Shown here piece by piece: positions 43,262 to 54,732 of a stretch of 64,000 bases of DNA. The notes under the pieces are model-generated. The model had not been told where the DNA came from and did not search any database. It was given only the letters and a program-made list of their open reading frames with translations. A program made the position numbers and the translations under genes. Numbering within the stretch: the stretch's first letter is position 1; every line of letters starts with the position of its first letter. Origin of the DNA: an uncultured Gammaproteobacteria bacterium (GTDB taxonomy: Bacteria > Patescibacteriota > Microgenomatia > Levybacterales > UBA12049); NCBI GenBank assembly GCA_964521295.1, contig CAZFRF010000001.1, positions 641,016 to 705,015 of the forward strand. The letters are read 5' to 3'.

Positions 43262-43662
43262 AACCCTAATTTAGAAGCAATAAAAAATGTAATACCAGAA
43301 ACAGACCCTGCCAAAACAACTCCCCATATGATATCAACTATTGATACCGCTAACGGCCAATTTTTTAAAGTCGCAAGATTAGTAAGATCATAGGTTATGT
43401 ATGAAAAGAAGCCAAACAAACCACCCAAAACTATAGCCAAAATTAAAGATTTCTTTTCCAATGCTGGATTTATTGCAAAAATAATAAGACCTAATATGAA
43501 TAATAAATAAAAAGTAAAAGCAGCAACCCAGTTAATATTGGTTTTCATAAGGCCTGCAAGCTGCTCAAAATAAAATTTTCTTGCTACAAAACCAAGCCAA
43601 AAAAAGTCAATAATAAAAAATATAGGAAGCGCAATTAAATAAAGCTTAATTTGTGGTATCAC
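43258..43662 (-). CDS. DUF2177 membrane protein
   Basis: IDFFWLG, TYDLTNLATLKNW, VDIIWG. Confidence 0.88.
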   Translation of the reverse strand: MIPQIKLYLIALPIFFIIDFFWLGFVARKFYFEQLAGLMKTNINWVAAFTFYLLFILGLIIFAINPALEKKSLILAIVLGGLFGFFSYITYDLTNLATLKNWPLAVSIVDIIWGVVLAGSVSGITFFIASKLGL

Positions 43663-43758
43663 AACATTAGTATAGCAAATAATATTTGCAAATTGAAAAT
43701 ATTAATTCTGTCTACCTTAAAACATTTGGAAAATATACTAAAAATTATTTAAAAACTA

Positions 43759-44340
43759 TCACTCTTTTAATACTGAATACACCACAAGTCTCTTTAGATA
43801 ATTTTTATCATCATTATCCCACGATCCATTACAAGTAATAAGGTTGAGCTTTTTGCCTGATGTATCTGCAAAGACCTCATTTAACGGAAGTTTATCATAG
43901 TCATATATTTCCTTACTCTGAACTACAAAAATAAAGTTATTTCCTTTACTATCAATTACTTCAATTTCATCGCCTGGTTTTAAAAAAGTAAGTTTAAAAA
44001 AAACCGCAGGTGAACCATTTGGAGCATCTAAATGCCCAGCGATTACTGCACTTCCTATAGAGCCTGGTTTGGGACCCAAATTATACCAAGCAACATTCTC
44101 CACTTTTTTTGGCACATCCATCCTGCCTTTATTGTCTATACCAACACTTTCAATGTTAGCTTTAACATTAATACTATTAATTAAAATATTTGTGGGAATT
44201 CCGGAATCATTATTTATTTCCTGATCTAAAGTAATATTTTTTACCTGCTTATCTATATTCGGACTAAGTTTACCACCTAGACCATAACCCACAAAAGATA
44301 AACTGATTAATAGAAAAATGGCAAGAACTATTTTTCTCAA
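43759..44340 (-). CDS. Class F sortase
   Basis: N-terminal TM; VAWY...PG..GSAVIAGH, F.KL..LKPGD, LNLITC, R in KRLVV (His/Cys/Arg triad); TTG start. Confidence 0.9.
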   Translation of the reverse strand: MRKIVLAIFLLISLSFVGYGLGGKLSPNIDKQVKNITLDQEINNDSGIPTNILINSINVKANIESVGIDNKGRMDVPKKVENVAWYNLGPKPGSIGSAVIAGHLDAPNGSPAVFFKLTFLKPGDEIEVIDSKGNNFIFVVQSKEIYDYDKLPLNEVFADTSGKKLNLITCNGSWDNDDKNYLKRLVVYSVLKE

Positions 44341-44487
44341 CTAGTTACCTCCAAATCCTGTTGCCGGTGCCCCGCTAGGAACCGTAGTAGTTGGTGTAGG
44401 AGTCATAGTGGAAGTCTGTGCCACAGCTGATCCCCCAATCATAAACGAGAAAGCTAACGTAAGTAATGCCAAAACTAAATATTTCAT
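44341..44487 (-). CDS. 48-aa secreted Thr-rich micro-protein, candidate sortase F substrate (not in the ORF track)
   Basis: SD AAGGAGGTGA then ATG; MKYLVLALLTLAFSFMIGGSAVA-QTSTMTPTPTTTVPSGAPATGFGGN; stop abuts the sortase start. Confidence 0.85.
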   Translation of the reverse strand: MKYLVLALLTLAFSFMIGGSAVAQTSTMTPTPTTTVPSGAPATGFGGN

Positions 44488-44681
44488 ATTTTCACCTCCT
44501 TTTTTTATATAACATAGATTCTAATAGATAAAATAAAGTAAGGAGTATTATTAACGTAAGAAACTATTAAGAAGTCGTATTAATAATTGATTTCATTGCA
44601 CTTTAAAGATTTCTTTGCCATAGCAAAAATAGACTACACCCCTTTGTAGCAGGATGCTTATCTTAATTAGCTATTTTGAGG

Positions 44682-45074
44682 TCAATTTCCACTGGCTCCT
44701 TCAACTTCAACCCTAAACCCACCATAGGCCATACGCTTCATATCAAAAGGCATTACCATATCTTTATACTTCTCGGCTTGTTTGCCCATTTCTTCCATTA
44801 CTTTCGCATTGACCTCATCTCTATGTTCTTTGGAATTAAAAACAATAAAGGAAAACCAAACTGTTTCCTCATTTGTTGCTCCAGCCATTTCAGTAAATGC
44901 ACGAGCTTTTTCATCGCCCATCTCCTGAGGAACAAGATCATCACCACGACATTCATAATACTCAAGTGCACCATACTTCATCCAAGTATCTCGACCTTCT
45001 TCCGCCATTTTTTTGTATTCTTCAACTTTATCACTTGGAACAACTAATACAAATCCGTCTACATATTTTCCCAT
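44682..45074 (-). CDS. DUF1428 (YbaA) family protein
   Basis: YVDGFVLVVP, GALEYYEC.GDD, HRDEVNAKVM, MPFDMKRMAYGGF. Confidence 0.92.
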   Translation of the reverse strand: MGKYVDGFVLVVPSDKVEEYKKMAEEGRDTWMKYGALEYYECRGDDLVPQEMGDEKARAFTEMAGATNEETVWFSFIVFNSKEHRDEVNAKVMEEMGKQAEKYKDMVMPFDMKRMAYGGFRVEVEGASGN

Positions 45075-45272
45075 ACTTTATCACCACCTTTCTTCTAAAA
45101 ATAGAATAGTTACCAGTATAGCAAAAATGGATTTTTTCTACTTAGAAGATTAATAACCTGAAGCTAAAATTTGCTCCCTCTAAATGACTTATTGATCAAC
45201 AGGAAAATTGAACTTGATATAACTTCCGAAGATCTAGGTTTTTTGGAATTAAAGACAGTCTCTAAAAATACT

Positions 45273-45605
45273 CTAGAAAAAAAATATAGACAATAATACC
45301 AATAAAAATATTATTCCTGGAAAAAGAAATATTAAAACATAAAGGTTTTTTACCCTCTTATTCAAGTCTTTTATAACTACTGTTTCTTGAGCATATTGAA
45401 ATATTCTATTGCATTTAATACATCTATAAGCAATTACTCTTCTAATGTCTGTAAAATTTGCTTCATTATTACCAACAATAAGAAATTTAGGATCAGATGG
45501 AATATTATCGCTTTTAGCGAATCTTTGAACTAAGTTTGTACCATATGAGGTATCTATCAGGGCCCCTTTTTCTAAATCTCCTTGGCAGTCTGAACATTTA
45601 TTCAT
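45273..45605 (-). CDS. Zinc-ribbon protein with C-terminal TM helix
   Basis: CSDC...LEKG and AYRCIKC pairs; hydrophobic C-terminus. Confidence 0.7.
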   Translation of the reverse strand: MNKCSDCQGDLEKGALIDTSYGTNLVQRFAKSDNIPSDPKFLIVGNNEANFTDIRRVIAYRCIKCNRIFQYAQETVVIKDLNKRVKNLYVLIFLFPGIIFLLVLLSIFFF

Positions 45606-45675
45606 TATCTAAATTAAACTATAATCTTAAACCTTTGTAAATAATCAACTTTGTTGCTCCGAGGAACGGAGGATG

Positions 45676-46167
45676 TTAGAAATTATTTAATAAAGATTCT
45701 GTTTCCTGACTATTCTTAACAATAAATATCTTCTTAGTATCTTGATATGCTTTCAATTTATCTCTGGTCGCTTGACGAGGATACGCAATAATAAATTTTA
45801 ATAAACCTAAGCTTACCCTCTCTTTAGTTCCTTTGGGCTTATCAAAAGCTTGCTGAGCTCCAAAACTTCTCCTGAATACTCTATATACACACAGCCATTT
45901 GGGGAAATCAAAAAATATTATTGTATCTGCAGCCTCTATTCTTAAATCAATAGTACTCTTATAATTTCCATCAATAATCCAATTATCCCTTCTTATTAAT
46001 TCTTTTTGAAAATCTACCCATTCTATTTTTGAATATTTTTGCCTCCATCCAGGCAAAAAATATTCTTTATCAAGATGGATAACTGGCCTATTCAATAGCT
46101 TTCCTAATTTATTTGCAAACGTTGATTTACCGGAGCCTTGCAATCCAATTATTGCTATTTTATTCAT
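45676..46167 (-). CDS. P-loop adenylate-kinase-like 'topology modulation' (FlaR) protein
   Basis: IIGLQGSGKSTFA, IHLD, WIIDGNY, ADTIIFFD. Confidence 0.85.
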   Translation of the reverse strand: MNKIAIIGLQGSGKSTFANKLGKLLNRPVIHLDKEYFLPGWRQKYSKIEWVDFQKELIRRDNWIIDGNYKSTIDLRIEAADTIIFFDFPKWLCVYRVFRRSFGAQQAFDKPKGTKERVSLGLLKFIIAYPRQATRDKLKAYQDTKKIFIVKNSQETESLLNNF

Positions 46168-46209
46168 TAAACTTAGTATATCAGATGAATTTTGAGGCTA
46201 ATAAATTTG

Positions 46210-46281
46210 CTCCGCGGCTAGGACTCGAACCTAGAACCTTGTCGTTAACAGCGACCTGCTCTACCATTGAGCTACCACGGA
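46210..46281 (-). tRNA. tRNA-Asn (GTT), CCA not encoded
   Basis: Cloverleaf: acceptor TCCGTGG/CCGCGGA, D-arm GCTC..GAGC, loop CT-GTT-AA, T-arm CTAGG-TTCGAGT-CCTAG, discriminator G. Confidence 0.96.
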
Positions 46282-46331
46282 ATGCGATACTATTGGAACG
46301 ATTCTAATTTTATCATTTATCCTCTTTTAAC

Positions 46332-46883
46332 TCAAGATGAAGCTGGAATAGGAATATTACTTCTGTATGCAACCAATTCACAGCCCCTAATTCTTTCGGA
46401 TTCCTTTGTATATCTTCCAGTAGATTTAAATAAAACTGGAACATCTGGATCCTGAGGAACAACTATTGAAGAAGGTAAAACTTTCTCCCCCGCAGCAAAA
46501 TTTATTATTGTTGGGAAAAAAGTTGGATCCTCCCTAAAACCAGCTAGGCAATCAGCAAAGCCCCGCATTTTTCTTTCTAAACCTACGTGTCTAGTCCTCT
46601 TTGCTTCTACAATACTTGAAAGAGTATCTCCTTCAAATATGGTCATGTCCCACCTAACCACATGAAATAAACCGTCTGTTAAAAAAGCAGCTAAATCAAA
46701 TAAATTTGGTCCAATAATAAATTCACTTGGACTAGCATGGGTTAACAAATGCTGAAAAACTAACTGTTCATATTCAAAGCCTTTTTTAGCAGAATCTCGA
46801 AGAGATGTAGAATCAATAACTAAATCCACTCCTTGCCTATATCTTCTTAAAATTGGTGGACCTTCTTTTATAGGAGCTAACAT
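46332..46883 (-). CDS. Hypothetical protein, possible PD-(D/E)XK nuclease fold
   Basis: GFEYEQLV...WDMTIF...IVEAK arrangement. Confidence 0.5.
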   Translation of the reverse strand: MLAPIKEGPPILRRYRQGVDLVIDSTSLRDSAKKGFEYEQLVFQHLLTHASPSEFIIGPNLFDLAAFLTDGLFHVVRWDMTIFEGDTLSSIVEAKRTRHVGLERKMRGFADCLAGFREDPTFFPTIINFAAGEKVLPSSIVVPQDPDVPVLFKSTGRYTKESERIRGCELVAYRSNIPIPASS

Positions 46884-47006
46884 CTCTTGCAGATTTTAAA
46901 ACATCGATTATATTATTTCAATATTTAATTCTGATAATTGCTTCATTACGCCTATAAATCAATCTAATCTCTTGACAAAATTATTTAAAAATAAGAATAT
47001 TCATAT

Positions 47007-47540
47007 ATGGCAATTGTTGTTCGTCCAGAGCAAAGATCGATATCCCCACGCCACGAAATTGCAGATTATTCTGCAGTAAACCCAGATCAATTCCGCTGGC
47101 AACTAAATGGTTACGAACAAGAGATAGGCCTAAAAGATAGATTAAGAAATGGTGATACCACAACCATTGCGGCTTGGAGACCAGATTTTAACGCACTAAC
47201 TCCCTTAACCCCAGAGCAAGAAAAATTTGCAGGAAAAATAAGAAGATTAATAAGATCTCAAGACCCTTATTTAGTAAATTTTGGTCCAGGTGCTTTTTCT
47301 CAAATAAGAGGGAGTGTGCTTGATGAGTCCATAGACTCTTTATCCCTAAAACTCGAGACAATAAGAGCACGATACAGAGAACACGAAGGAGAACCAGATT
47401 CAACATTCTGGCTTTACCAAGAACCAATCGGTAGCTTTTCACCAGCCATGCTTTACCGAGCAGACCTAGAAGCACAAATTAGAGAAGAGCAAGAACAAGC
47501 CGCCCGAGAAGCAGCTATTGAAAGAGCTAAATTAACATAA
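47007..47540 (+). CDS. Orphan hypothetical protein
   Basis: 177-aa ORF with TTGACA upstream; no recognised motif. Confidence 0.6.
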   Translation: MAIVVRPEQRSISPRHEIADYSAVNPDQFRWQLNGYEQEIGLKDRLRNGDTTTIAAWRPDFNALTPLTPEQEKFAGKIRRLIRSQDPYLVNFGPGAFSQIRGSVLDESIDSLSLKLETIRARYREHEGEPDSTFWLYQEPIGSFSPAMLYRADLEAQIREEQEQAAREAAIERAKLT

Positions 47541-47581
47541 ACTTCTTTACGCATCAGCGATAATTAGGTAAAATAGTTTCT

Positions 47582-49015
47582 GTGAATAAATTAACAAAAA
47601 TTATCGCCACTATTGGACCCGCTTCTGATAGCCTAGAAACAATTGAAGAATTAATAAAATTAGGTGTAAATGTTTTTAGATTTAATTTTAAACACAGTGA
47701 TATTGAATGGCACAGGGAAAGAATAAGAAGAGTTTTAGAAGTATCTCAAAAAATTAATGTACCTGTCGCAACCCTACTTGATCTACAAGGACCAGAGATA
47801 AGACTCGCAATGCCTTTTGACAAAATGGAAATTTCTGAAAATGAAAAAATTCTACTTTCTCCAAATATTCTTGAGACAAAAGAAAAAGGAATTACTTTTT
47901 CAGAAACTGAAATTATTTCTCTTTTACAAACCGGGCAAAAAGTTTTAGCCGATGATGGCAATTTTGAATTTGAAGTATTAAGAGAAAATAATTCAACATA
48001 TTTAATTTCAAAAACTACAGGAATTTTAGGAAATAAAAAAACAGTTAATATTGTAAATTTAAATTTCGATTTCCCTGTAATTCATGATCGAGACAGACAA
48101 GGTTTAATATTAGCTAAAGAATTTAATTTAGATTTTATCGCCCTTTCTTTTGTCAGAAATGAAAATGACCTAATCAGCTTAAAAGAAGAAATGGATAAAA
48201 TAGAGTTAAAATCAAAAATTGTTGCAAAAATTGAAACGCCAAAAGCAATTGAAAACATAGACAAAATTCTAGAAGAAACAGATGCGATTATGATCGCTAG
48301 GGGAGACCTAGGTGTTGAAATGCCGCTTGAAGAAGTTCCATATTATCAAAAAGAAATAATTAAAAAATGCATTGAATTAGGAATTCCTGTTATAACAGCT
48401 ACTCAAATGCTTGAGTCAATGATTTCTAAGAAAATTCCTACAAGGGCTGAGGTATCTGATGTTGCTAACGCAATTTATGACTACACTGATGCAATAATGC
48501 TTTCAGGAGAAACAGCTAATGGATCTTTTCCAAAAGAAACAGTAAAGGTAATGGCGAAAATAGCAAGGTTTTCTGAGGAAAAAGATAGACATTTAGATAT
48601 ACGAAATTTATATTCTTATGATCTAGGAGACTTGTCGAAGATGGTTTGCGATAGTGCTTTTAATTTATATAAATCATTAAAAACAAAAAATCAAAAACCA
48701 AAAGGATTTATTGTCTTTACTCATACAGGAAAAACAGCAAAAATGCTTTCTAGATATAGACCTCATGTAAATATTTTTGCATTTTGTCCAACAAATAATG
48801 TTGCTCAAAATCTTAGCTTAAGTTTTGGCATAACACCAATTCTTCAGGAATCTGTGAAAAAGGATGAAATATTAAAAGAAGATATTAGTAAGGCAATGGA
48901 CTTTTTAAAGCAAAAAAATATGGCAGAAAAAGGAGATTTATTTATTGTTCTACATGGAGATTATTGGACTTCAGAAGCAGGAACGTCAACAATAAGAATA
49001 GTAAGCTTAGCCTAA
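47582..49015 (+). CDS. pyk: Pyruvate kinase
   Basis: [59 protein letters not shown]. Confidence 0.97.
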   Translation: MNKLTKIIATIGPASDSLETIEELIKLGVNVFRFNFKHSDIEWHRERIRRVLEVSQKINVPVATLLDLQGPEIRLAMPFDKMEISENEKILLSPNILETKEKGITFSETEIISLLQTGQKVLADDGNFEFEVLRENNSTYLISKTTGILGNKKTVNIVNLNFDFPVIHDRDRQGLILAKEFNLDFIALSFVRNENDLISLKEEMDKIELKSKIVAKIETPKAIENIDKILEETDAIMIARGDLGVEMPLEEVPYYQKEIIKKCIELGIPVITATQMLESMISKKIPTRAEVSDVANAIYDYTDAIMLSGETANGSFPKETVKVMAKIARFSEEKDRHLDIRNLYSYDLGDLSKMVCDSAFNLYKSLKTKNQKPKGFIVFTHTGKTAKMLSRYRPHVNIFAFCPTNNVAQNLSLSFGITPILQESVKKDEILKEDISKAMDFLKQKNMAEKGDLFIVLHGDYWTSEAGTSTIRIVSLA

Positions 49016-50095
49016 ATAATCTTTTAATTTATTTCCCCTAGAAGGATGTCTTAGTTTTCTTAATGCCTTTGCTTCAATTTGTCTAATTCTTTCTCTAGTA
49101 ACAGCAAACATTTTACCAACTTCTTCTAATGTTTTTGGTCTTCCATCTTTTAGTCCAAATCTTTCTTCTAATACTCTTTTTTCCCTGTCAGATAAAGTTG
49201 ATAAGACTTGCTCAATTTGTTCTTTAAGAAGCTCTCTACTTGCTGTATCAAATAGCGTTGGTGCTGAACTGTCATGAATAAAATCTCCAAGTCGTGAATC
49301 TTCTTCATCTCCAACGGGAGACTCAAGACTTGCTGGTTCTTGAGAAATTTTAATAATTTCTAATGCCTTATCTGGTTCAATGCCTAAAGCTTTTGCAACC
49401 TCTTCTGGAGTGGGCTCGCGCCCTAATTCTTGCATTAATTTCCTAGAAGCTCTTAAAAATCTATTAATGTTTTCGACCATATGAACAGGGATTCTAATTG
49501 TTCTGGCTTGATCTGCAATAGCTCTAGTTATAGATTGCCTAATCCACCACGTAGCGTAAGTTGAAAATTTAAAACCTCTCCTCCAGTCATATTTTTCAAC
49601 CGCACGAATCAAACCTTGATTTCCTTCTTGAATTAAATCAAGTAAAGTCAAACCCCTACCTACGTATTTTTTGGCAATAGAAACGACCAATCTTAAATTT
49701 GAATTTATTAATACTTGCTTTGATCTTTTGTCGCCTTTTTCAACTTTTTTAGCAAGTGCAATTTCTTGATTGAAATCAAGAAGGGGAATTCTACCAATTT
49801 CCTTTAAATACATTCTAACCGGATCTGAAACTGTTCCTTCAGTTAAAACGGTTAATGCTTCTAATTCTTTTTCTAAATCTTCAATTGGTTTTTCTTCTTC
49901 ATTTTGAGCTGCTACTGATTCAAATACGTCAATATCTGAATGCATTAACTTATCATAAAGCGTGTCAAGCTCTTCTAAGTGCTCCTCTGGCCTAGGATAC
50001 AGCTGAAGTATTTCTTCCTGAGTTACGTATCCTCTTTTTTTCGCACTGGACACAATCTCAGAAATTAAATTGGGTTGTTTCATGAAAGTACTCAT
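49007..50095 (-). CDS. rpoD: RNA polymerase primary sigma factor
   Basis: [54 protein letters not shown]; true start may be ATG 50083. Confidence 0.97.
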   Translation of the reverse strand: MSTFMKQPNLISEIVSSAKKRGYVTQEEILQLYPRPEEHLEELDTLYDKLMHSDIDVFESVAAQNEEEKPIEDLEKELEALTVLTEGTVSDPVRMYLKEIGRIPLLDFNQEIALAKKVEKGDKRSKQVLINSNLRLVVSIAKKYVGRGLTLLDLIQEGNQGLIRAVEKYDWRRGFKFSTYATWWIRQSITRAIADQARTIRIPVHMVENINRFLRASRKLMQELGREPTPEEVAKALGIEPDKALEIIKISQEPASLESPVGDEEDSRLGDFIHDSSAPTLFDTASRELLKEQIEQVLSTLSDREKRVLEERFGLKDGRPKTLEEVGKMFAVTRERIRQIEAKALRKLRHPSRGNKLKDYLG

Positions 50096-50132
50096 TATTT
50101 TACCACGAATTAAGATTAATTGGAAGATTTAG

Positions 50133-51887
50133 CTATTTTTTCAAAAAAGGGAGCAGATTATTAAATTCTTCTCTTAAATTTTCTACACTCTCTCCCTGTT
50201 TCTCTTTAATATTTATTTCCTCTGAAATTTCTTTAACTCTTTCTTTAGCATAGATTGCTAGAAGATCTATTATTACTTTTTTGACTTCGCCTAAATAGGC
50301 TTCCGCTTTTTCAAATTTTGGTAAAGGATACAAATAGCAAAAGTCGTAAAGCTTAACAACATCATTTTGTAAGTAGTTGGCAAAAGCCTTATGATCAAAC
50401 GTTGAATTATTTACTAAGTAATCTTTTAAAGCTTCTAAAATTATTGCAAAAGATTTTGTTTGAAATTTATATTTACCCAGTATTTCTTGGTTCTTTTCTA
50501 AAATGATATTAGGAGTTTGCGATTGAATTATTAACGCTAAGAGATATTCCTCAAGAACATCCCTTCTTGGTCTTTTATCTTTAGGAAGTATTTTTATTTT
50601 TTCTTCTTCTTTATTATTTTGAAACTTATCTATTTCCTTTGTAATACTTTCGATTGAAGTGTCAATACTTGTACTCAATTTTTTAATATAATGTTCCTTA
50701 ATAATTTCATTAGAAATTTGTCCAATTAAAGATAAAATACTATCAGTAATTTTCTTTTTCCCATCCATTGTTTTTACATCATATTTATTCACATAGTAAT
50801 TAATTAAATAATCATAAATACTTCCACTTTCTTTTAATGCAATTTTAAATTGTAGGGGATTATTCTTAATTACTTCGTCAGGATCCTTACCATCTTTCAA
50901 CGAAATAATATTTACAACAAGTCCTTTTTTTTCAATAATTCCTAGACTTCTTTTAGTTGCTTCAAAACCAGCTTCATCTTGATCTAAACAAAGGGTCACT
51001 TTCGGAGTAAATCTCGATAGTAAATTTACTTGCTCTTCTGTTAATGCTGTTCCTTTGATTGCAACAACATTTGTAATTCCCTCTGAAAAAAGTGAAATTG
51101 CATCAAACTCTCCTTCAACAATTATTGCATCTTGTTTAGTTTTAATCTCATCTTTAGCCATATTCATACCAAAAAACATACTTCCCTTATGGTATACAGC
51201 TGTTTCTTTTGTATTGATATACTTAGGCATTTGAATATCATCCATTGCTCTACCTGAAAAACCACATATATTTCCCCTGTAGTCATAAAGAGGGAAAATA
51301 ATTCTATTTCTAAAAAAATCAAAAACTCTACCTTTATTTTCAAATGCAATTCCAGCATTTATTAAATCTTTAACTTTATAGTTTTTCTTATTAATTAAAA
51401 AATTGCTCAATGTATTTCCGCCTGGAGCATAACCTATTTCAAAAGTATTAATTAATTTTTCATTTAGTTTTCTTTTTGATAAAAGGTAGTCTTTTGCCTT
51501 TGTTCCAACTTTATGCTCATTTAAAATATAAGTATAAAATTTTAGAGCCAGTTTATTAATTTCAAATATTTTTTCCTTTTCAAAACTTTGACCTTTTTTA
51601 AAATCAGATTCTTTTATTTCTATGCCTGCTCTTTTTGCCAAAAATCTTAAAGCTTCTGGAAATTCCATGTTTTCATATTCCATTAAAAATGAGAAAACAT
51701 CTCCACCCTTACTACATCCAAAACAATGCCAGATTTGTCTTTCCGGAGAAACAACAAATGAAGGGGATTTTTCATTATGAAAAGGGCAATTAGTTTTAAA
51801 ATTTCTACCTAACTTTTTTAATGGCAGATATTCGGATAAAAAAGCAACGATATCAATTTTTTCTCTGATTTGGGAAACTTCATCCAT
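50133..51887 (-). CDS. dnaG: DNA primase
   Basis: CPFHNEKSPSF..HCFGC zinc finger, PKYIN, VEGEFD, DQDEAG, KDPD. Confidence 0.97.
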   Translation of the reverse strand: MDEVSQIREKIDIVAFLSEYLPLKKLGRNFKTNCPFHNEKSPSFVVSPERQIWHCFGCSKGGDVFSFLMEYENMEFPEALRFLAKRAGIEIKESDFKKGQSFEKEKIFEINKLALKFYTYILNEHKVGTKAKDYLLSKRKLNEKLINTFEIGYAPGGNTLSNFLINKKNYKVKDLINAGIAFENKGRVFDFFRNRIIFPLYDYRGNICGFSGRAMDDIQMPKYINTKETAVYHKGSMFFGMNMAKDEIKTKQDAIIVEGEFDAISLFSEGITNVVAIKGTALTEEQVNLLSRFTPKVTLCLDQDEAGFEATKRSLGIIEKKGLVVNIISLKDGKDPDEVIKNNPLQFKIALKESGSIYDYLINYYVNKYDVKTMDGKKKITDSILSLIGQISNEIIKEHYIKKLSTSIDTSIESITKEIDKFQNNKEEEKIKILPKDKRPRRDVLEEYLLALIIQSQTPNIILEKNQEILGKYKFQTKSFAIILEALKDYLVNNSTFDHKAFANYLQNDVVKLYDFCYLYPLPKFEKAEAYLGEVKKVIIDLLAIYAKERVKEISEEINIKEKQGESVENLREEFNNLLPFLKK

Positions 51888-51927
51888 CGTGTGCCTATTG
51901 TAACACTTTACCTATTGATTTTACTAA

Positions 51928-53226
<1,299 letters not shown>

Positions 53227-53272
53227 AATTAGCTATTGACAACATGTTGCTTTTTAAATAGATTAAGACACA

Positions 53273-53788
53273 ATGGGATTTAGCAGATTTGAATACTTAA
53301 GAGGAAAAGGAGAGCCTGGTCAACCAACCCAGCCTCGTCGAGAAAGAACGCTTCAGGAAAAACTCGCTGATCAATATAGATCAAGCACCCCACAAAGACG
53401 AGCAGTTCCTTTGTCTGATGGACAAGGACATGTAATTGGCGGAACAGGGGGAACAGGAAGAGACGCTTTGCCTTATGAAATTTCCTCTTTTTTAGCAACT
53501 GGTGTTCATGAACCTGGCGATGCGCCTATTTCAAGAGGCTATTCAGAAGACACAACGCCAAGCTACAGAACTCTTGCTATGGGAAGAGCGAGTCAAAGAA
53601 TGCAAGAATTTTCCGGCGACAACGTACCCGAAGAAGCTCCAGGTCTCCAATCTATCTTAAAGCAAACTGTTCGAAGAAGAACACAAGAATTTTTAGACGG
53701 GACAAGAACTGGTAGTCAAAGATCTCCTAAGCACCCCAAAGGCGAAAGAAGAGATAAAGGTGGAAGACCACGAGGCAGTAGAAGGTAA
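53273..53788 (+). CDS. Orphan Gly/Arg-rich, probably disordered protein
   Basis: 171-aa ORF with its own TTGACA-17-TAGATT promoter; basic C-terminus. Confidence 0.6.
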   Translation: MGFSRFEYLRGKGEPGQPTQPRRERTLQEKLADQYRSSTPQRRAVPLSDGQGHVIGGTGGTGRDALPYEISSFLATGVHEPGDAPISRGYSEDTTPSYRTLAMGRASQRMQEFSGDNVPEEAPGLQSILKQTVRRRTQEFLDGTRTGSQRSPKHPKGERRDKGGRPRGSRR

Positions 53789-53791
53789 ATT

Positions 53792-54451
53792 ATGGATAAC
53801 ATCAATTGGCTTGGACATGCAGGATTTTCTTTCTTGGATTTAAATGGTAATAAAATTTATTTTATTGATCCGTTTGAATTAAATAATAAACCTCAAGATA
53901 AAGCCGATATTATTCTCATAACCCACGGTCATCCTGATCATTTTTCCCAAGAAGATATTGATAAAATCATTAAACCTGACACATATATCGTTGCAACTAA
54001 GGATGTACTAGATAAATTAAACATAAATGCTTCTCTAAAAATTCAGGTAGAACCAAACAAAAATTACATTGTAAAAGGCTTTCCTTTTAAAACAATTCCA
54101 GCGTACAATAATCATCCACAAAAATTAGGATTTCATCCAAAACAAAATAATTGGGTAGGCTATATCTTTAACATCAATGGTTTAAAGATTTACCATGCAG
54201 GAGATACAGATTTTATTGAAGAAATGAAATCTTTAAATAAAGCAAACTTAGATATTGCCATGCTGCCAATCGGTGGAACCTATACAATGGATTGGAAAGA
54301 AGCAGCAGCAGCTGCAAATGCAATTGAGGCTAAAATTACCATACCAATACATTACAAAAAACCATTAAAAGGGAGTTTTAAAGAAGCAGAGGAAGGGTTT
54401 AAGAAAGCAATAAAAAATTCTAAAGTAATAATTCTTGATGAATTAATTTAA
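53792..54451 (+). CDS. MBL-fold metallo-hydrolase
   Basis: WLGHAGF, THGHPDH, YHAGDT, LPIGGTYTM, IPIHY. Confidence 0.92.
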   Translation: MDNINWLGHAGFSFLDLNGNKIYFIDPFELNNKPQDKADIILITHGHPDHFSQEDIDKIIKPDTYIVATKDVLDKLNINASLKIQVEPNKNYIVKGFPFKTIPAYNNHPQKLGFHPKQNNWVGYIFNINGLKIYHAGDTDFIEEMKSLNKANLDIAMLPIGGTYTMDWKEAAAAANAIEAKITIPIHYKKPLKGSFKEAEEGFKKAIKNSKVIILDELI

Positions 54452-54706
54452 ACCATTAGTTGAATTTACTCTGTCAACAACCATATCAAATGCTCCACTA
54501 GTTGCTTTCAAAATAACCCCTGCAGCAAAAATAGCCAAAGTAGTTTTATTTCCCACTGGTCTTTTCTTATAAAGATCCAAAGCGGTTAAGCCTCCTGCTG
54601 CGAGAAAAGATAAATTTGATAATCTTTCAGCAACATGAGCTGTTCTGTTTGCGCTATCTGCAATAATATTTGCGTGAATATCTGCACGACTTTCTAATCT
54701 AGACAT
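54443..54706 (-). CDS. Orphan small protein with Gly/Ala-rich hydrophobic hairpin
   Basis: 87-aa ORF filling an intergenic gap. Confidence 0.55.
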   Translation of the reverse strand: MSRLESRADIHANIIADSANRTAHVAERLSNLSFLAAGGLTALDLYKKRPVGNKTTLAIFAAGVILKATSGAFDMVVDRVNSTNGLN

Positions 54707-54732
54707 CGGGTAAATATATCAAATTAGATCAT

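Larger units (their letters stand above)
45167..46213. mobile_element. Degenerate tRNA-Asn-integrated mini-island bounded by att-like repeats
   Basis: aaatttgctcc at 45167-45177 and 46203-46213 (tRNA 3' end); internal ttgctccgagg at 45654-45664 matches tRNA ttgctccgcgg at 10/11; no integrase. Confidence 0.5.

Noticed and set aside
43759-44487. Amber readthrough fusing the micro-substrate to the sortase (TAG followed in frame by TTG), which would place a TM helix after PATG
   Set aside because: The fusion would probably put the sortase domain in the cytoplasm, and TAG is a normal stop elsewhere (groL, ruvB, dnaG). Translational coupling is simpler, though low-level readthrough cannot be excluded.
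44545-44660. TATTAA repeats upstream of the sortase operon and a CTACA/TGTAG hairpin after DUF1428
   Set aside because: Irregular spacing in AT-rich DNA and only a 5-bp stem; too weak to call an operator or terminator
46113-46455. ORFs 46113-46307 and 46267-46455
   Set aside because: Antisense translations of tRNA-Asn and flanking genes
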